Shown: one piece after another, positions 60,340 through 64,000 of the stretch | How positions within the stretch are numbered: position 1 is the stretch's first letter | Layout: each line of letters starts with the position of its first letter | From: Bdellovibrionales bacterium | GTDB lineage: Bacteria > Bdellovibrionota > Bdellovibrionia > Bdellovibrionales > JAUICD01 | Reading direction: 5' to 3' | DNA length: 64,000 nucleotides | NCBI GenBank assembly: GCA_965262715.1 | Contig: OZ253553.1 | Span: 1,120,001 to 1,184,000 of the forward strand | The notes under the pieces: model-generated | What the model was told of the DNA's origin: nothing | Databases searched by the model: none | What the model saw: only the letters and a program-made list of their open reading frames with translations | Translations under genes and position numbers: made by a program

Positions 60340-63328
60340 AGAAATTGCTTTTGAAAATGTTATTGAACAGCATCTTTTAGAAAAAGGGGGCTATACCAAA
60401 GGTGATCCTAAAACCTTTAATCGTTTAAAAGGACTTGATCCAAGTGTTCTATTTGCTTTTCTAAAAGAAACTCAAGCGGAGCAATTGGCCTACATTCAAA
60501 ACCTTCAAAAGGATAAAACAGAAGATATTATTATTGAATCTTTATGTCAGGCTCTAGATTCAAAGTATGAAGGATGTCTTAAAGTTTTAAGACATGGGTT
60601 TAAATGTTTTGGAAAGCTTTTTAAAGTTGCTTATTTTGCTCCAGCCAGTGGTTTAAATCCAGATATTCAAAAACTTTATGAAAAAAACCAATTAACAGTG
60701 ACAAGACAACTTCAGTATAGCAACAGACATAAAAACTCTCTTGATATGGTCTTAAGCTTAAATGGATTACCAATTGTTACATTAGAGCTTAAAAATCCAA
60801 TAACAGGTCAAACATGGCGAAATGCCATTCATCAGTACAAACAAGATAGAGATTCAAATGAGTTGATTTTTCAATTTAAAAAGAGAACATTAGTTCACTT
60901 TGCTGTGGATACGGATGAAGTCTATATGACAACCAGACTCAATGGAGATAGAACCTTTTTTCTGCCATTTAATTTAGGGAATAATCAAGGAGCAGGAAAC
61001 CCTGAAAATTCAAAAGGCTATAAAACTTCTTACTTATGGGAGGAAATTCTTAATAGAGAAAGCTTATTAGATATACTTGCTAGATTTATCCATCTTGAAG
61101 TAGAGGAGAAAAAATTTCAGAATAGAAAAAATACAGAGGAAACGATGATATTTCCTAGATATCATCAACTTAACTGTGTAAGAAAGCTTATCGATGATGT
61201 ACAAGAAAAGAAAACAGGAACAAACTATCTCATTCAACATTCTGCTGGAAGTGGAAAAAGCAACTCCATTGCATGGTTAGCTCATCGTTTGTCAACTCTC
61301 TATGATAATGCTGATGAAAAAATATTTGATTCTGTAATTGTTATCACTGATCGTTTAGTTTTAGATCAACAACTTCAAAATACAATATATCAATTTGAGC
61401 ATAAACAAGGTGTTGTTAAAAAAGTTGATGAAGATTCAACACAGCTGGCTAAAGCTATTACTTCTTGTGACCCTATTATCATCACAACACTTCAAAAGTT
61501 TCCTTATGCTACAGAGAAAATGGAATATCTATCAAGCAAGAAGTATGCTGTCATTATTGATGAAGCTCATAGTTCACAAGGAGGTGAGTCAGCTACAAGC
61601 CTAAAAGGCCTTTTGTCAGGAACAGTTATAAAAGAGGAAGCAGAAAAACAAGCCAGAGAAGAAGGGCTTCTAGATTATGAGGAAGAAATTATACGTTCTA
61701 TGAAAAAAAGAGGTCAGCAAAAAAATATCAGTTTTTTTGCATTTACTGCAACACCTAAATATAAAACGTTAGAAATTTTTGGCAAATATGGAGAAGATGG
61801 AACTCCTAAATCATTTCATCTATATAGCATGAAGCAAGCTATTGAAGAAGGTTTTATTTTAGATGTTTTGCAATATTATACAACTTATAAGACGTATTAT
61901 CGACTTATTAAATCGATAGAAGATGACCCAGAGGTTGATAAAAGGCGAGCTGCTCGCAGTCTTGCTCGTTTTATGAGTTTACATCCACATAATATCTCTC
62001 AGAAGACAGAAATTATAGTAGAACACTTTATACATTTTACTCGTCATAAAATAGGAGGTAAAGCTAAGGCCATAGTGGTCACTTCCAGCCGTTTACATGC
62101 TGTTCGATATAAGAAGTCTTTTGATGAGTATATCAAAGATAAAAAATATCGAGGAATTAAAACTTTAGTTGCTTTCTCTGGTAGAGTTCCTGATCCTGAT
62201 ATCAAAGAAATTGAATACACTGAAGTCAGTATGAATAAAGGGATTAAAGAAAAAGAACTTCCTGGAAAGTTTGCCACTAATGAATATCAAGTTCTTCTTG
62301 TTGCAGAAAAATATCAAACAGGTTTTGATCAACCTCTCCTACATACAATGTATGTTGATAAAAAGCTCTCTGGAATTCAAGCAGTGCAAACGTTAAGCCG
62401 TTTAAATAGAACTTCTATAGGTAAGGAAGATACATTTGTACTTGATTTTGTAAATAGGCCAGAAGACATTCAGGAAGCATTTCAGCCTTACTATGAAAAA
62501 ACTCTTATCGAGGAAAGAGTCGAGGTAAAACATCTTTATGAGTTGCAATCAAGATTAGATGTTCAGCAAGTTTACTATAGAACCGAAGTGGATGAATTTT
62601 GTAGGATTTTTTATAAACCAAAGAAAAATCAAACATCCTCTGATCATGAAAGAATAAATGTTTGTATTGATCCTGCTGTTATGCGTTTTAATAAATTAGA
62701 TCAAGAAAAACAAGATGAGTTTAGAAAGTTACTTTTGTCTTTTCTTGATAATTATGCCTTTCTATCGCAAATTATCCCATTTCAAGACTCAGATCTTGAA
62801 AAGCGTTATTCTTATATACGTTTTTTACTTAAAAAATTACCTAAAAGAGAATCCGGACCAAATTATTATTTTGATAATGATATTGCACTTAAATATTATA
62901 GACTGCAAAAAATCAGCGAAGGTTCGATTCATCTTGAAGATGGAAAAGGAAGTAAGGTTTCTGGTCATGTTTCTGTGGGAGCAAGCTCTTCAAATGATGA
63001 AAAAATAGAGTTATCACAATTGATAGACATTCTTAATGAACAGTTTGGCACACAGTTTACTCAAGCAGATCAGTTATTCATAGACTCTATAGGAGAGGAA
63101 GCTGTCTCTGACCCAAAGTTAAGACAAGCAGCAAAAGCGAACTCTATGGAAAACTTTGGTTATGTTTTCCGAAAAGCTTTGGAAAAACTATTTATTGATC
63201 GCATGGAACAAAACGAAGATATTACAGCTAAGTTTATGAACGAAAAAGAATTTAAAAAAGTTATAGGAAAAGCTTTACTTGAGAGAGTTTATAAACAAAT
63301 TCACAGTGAGGATACAGACAATAATTAA
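60323..63328 (+). CDS. hsdR: Type I RM restriction subunit
   Basis: D...NGLP...ELKN, HSAGSGKS, IDEAHS, FTATPK, QTGFDQP, QTLSRLNR. Confidence 0.96.
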   Translation: MTTQYKEIAFENVIEQHLLEKGGYTKGDPKTFNRLKGLDPSVLFAFLKETQAEQLAYIQNLQKDKTEDIIIESLCQALDSKYEGCLKVLRHGFKCFGKLFKVAYFAPASGLNPDIQKLYEKNQLTVTRQLQYSNRHKNSLDMVLSLNGLPIVTLELKNPITGQTWRNAIHQYKQDRDSNELIFQFKKRTLVHFAVDTDEVYMTTRLNGDRTFFLPFNLGNNQGAGNPENSKGYKTSYLWEEILNRESLLDILARFIHLEVEEKKFQNRKNTEETMIFPRYHQLNCVRKLIDDVQEKKTGTNYLIQHSAGSGKSNSIAWLAHRLSTLYDNADEKIFDSVIVITDRLVLDQQLQNTIYQFEHKQGVVKKVDEDSTQLAKAITSCDPIIITTLQKFPYATEKMEYLSSKKYAVIIDEAHSSQGGESATSLKGLLSGTVIKEEAEKQAREEGLLDYEEEIIRSMKKRGQQKNISFFAFTATPKYKTLEIFGKYGEDGTPKSFHLYSMKQAIEEGFILDVLQYYTTYKTYYRLIKSIEDDPEVDKRRAARSLARFMSLHPHNISQKTEIIVEHFIHFTRHKIGGKAKAIVVTSSRLHAVRYKKSFDEYIKDKKYRGIKTLVAFSGRVPDPDIKEIEYTEVSMNKGIKEKELPGKFATNEYQVLLVAEKYQTGFDQPLLHTMYVDKKLSGIQAVQTLSRLNRTSIGKEDTFVLDFVNRPEDIQEAFQPYYEKTLIEERVEVKHLYELQSRLDVQQVYYRTEVDEFCRIFYKPKKNQTSSDHERINVCIDPAVMRFNKLDQEKQDEFRKLLLSFLDNYAFLSQIIPFQDSDLEKRYSYIRFLLKKLPKRESGPNYYFDNDIALKYYRLQKISEGSIHLEDGKGSKVSGHVSVGASSSNDEKIELSQLIDILNEQFGTQFTQADQLFIDSIGEEAVSDPKLRQAAKANSMENFGYVFRKALEKLFIDRMEQNEDITAKFMNEKEFKKVIGKALLERVYKQIHSEDTDNN

Positions 63329-63779
63329 AAAATATAGATTTTCCTTTAAAATTCATTCATACTGTTAAACTTTTCTTTAAATAACAAAGCCTTTGAGAAC
63401 AAATCTTTTATTAAATAACTTTGTCAAAAATATCCATTGTAGATTCTTCAACAATTCCTTTAAGAAAATGGTAACCAGAAGATTCTTGTTTTGCATTAAA
63501 ATGACTTGTTGCCACATAGAGGTTTTTAAAGCCTTTTTGATACTTTCTTTTAATTAAAAGTTTGGCTTTTCCAAACTCATAATCAACCAATATAGGTATG
63601 TTTGTATCGATTGAGAGCTTATCAAATTCTCTCTCACTAGAAACACACAAGCAATTTTTACCTTAGTTAAATTATTTTTATATTTTTTATAATTACTTTT
63701 TTTGTTTATAGAAAGCCCTTTGCAGGTGTAGTGTCCCTGCAAAGAGCTGGAGATAAAAAATTATCAAATTATATAACTA

Positions 63780-64000
63780 TTAAAGGCCGTTCTTTATATT
63801 TATCATGTATTTTCCAGTAGGTTTAGGTGCAACTTGACCTATACCCATCTCCCAATGATCTTCTTGTGCTCCTCCTAAATTACCAACTGCAATAATAATA
63901 AACTTAGGTGCGAATTTATCTGTGTTGTCTATCTTTGCTTCTGTAGGAATTGTGAATGTTCCAGTAGATAAATAAGTACAATCATCTGAAGTATTACAAA
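63780..64000 (-). CDS. 3' end of a CDS, possibly a type IV pilin-like protein (runs off the window)
   Basis: Open frame ...CNTSDDC...KFIIIAVGNLGGAQEDHWEMG...NIKNGL*; F...A.GN...D.W resembles deltaproteobacterial pilin C-termini. Confidence 0.45.
   Translation of the reverse strand, partial: CNTSDDCTYLSTGTFTIPTEAKIDNTDKFAPKFIIIAVGNLGGAQEDHWEMGIGQVAPKPTGKYMINIKNGL

Noticed and set aside
676..63742. Short antisense or nested ORFs in the track (e.g. 676, 4926, 7693-8703, 10593, 12096, 13591, 29626, 38457-40001, 56804, 59288, 61395, 62044, 62715)
   Set aside because: They are shadows of longer, motif-supported genes and have no independent evidence.
63411..63742. ORFs after hsdR as intact genes
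   Set aside because: Short overlapping fragments, at best a decayed receiver-like domain; not supportable.

Overview
AT-rich (~30% GC by eye) bacterial window with no rRNA, tRNA or CRISPR array. The gene content (many secreted ankyrin proteins, sigma54 promoters, a PilZ-like gene, a deltaproteobacterial-style pilin end) suggests a host-associated Bdellovibrionota-like organism; this is inference. 0-11 kb: exbB/tolQ fragment, a DoxX-DUF692(MNIO)-DUF2063 operon with no visible precursor, fur with its own Fur box, an IS5, and a higher-GC operon encoding a DUF1704/QEGLA peptidase, a GshB-like ATP-grasp ligase and an N-formylglutamate amidohydrolase. 11-36 kb: an IS-scarred zone of secreted and ankyrin genes, including an ankyrin-beta-barrel fusion, an IS1634 between two ~735-bp repeats that duplicate a whole ankyrin gene, a 32x10-bp VNTR, Fic, a GDPD-FAD oxidase fusion, a RelE/HigA-type TA pair and many pseudogenes. 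36-63.3 kb: a defence island. Its left part is punctuated by a repeated module (att-like site, HTH/recombinase-domain ORF, 57-aa ORF). Cargo includes a type IIG RM enzyme, an unannotated three-gene operon ending in an ART-like protein, a Ubl/E2-E1/DUF6527 operon, an OLD nuclease, two HEPN proteins, a TIR-bounded membrane protein + UvrD cassette, an Abi-alpha-like gene, and a type I RM system with two extra genes between hsdM and hsdS. Family assignments come from motif recognition by eye, not from database searches.
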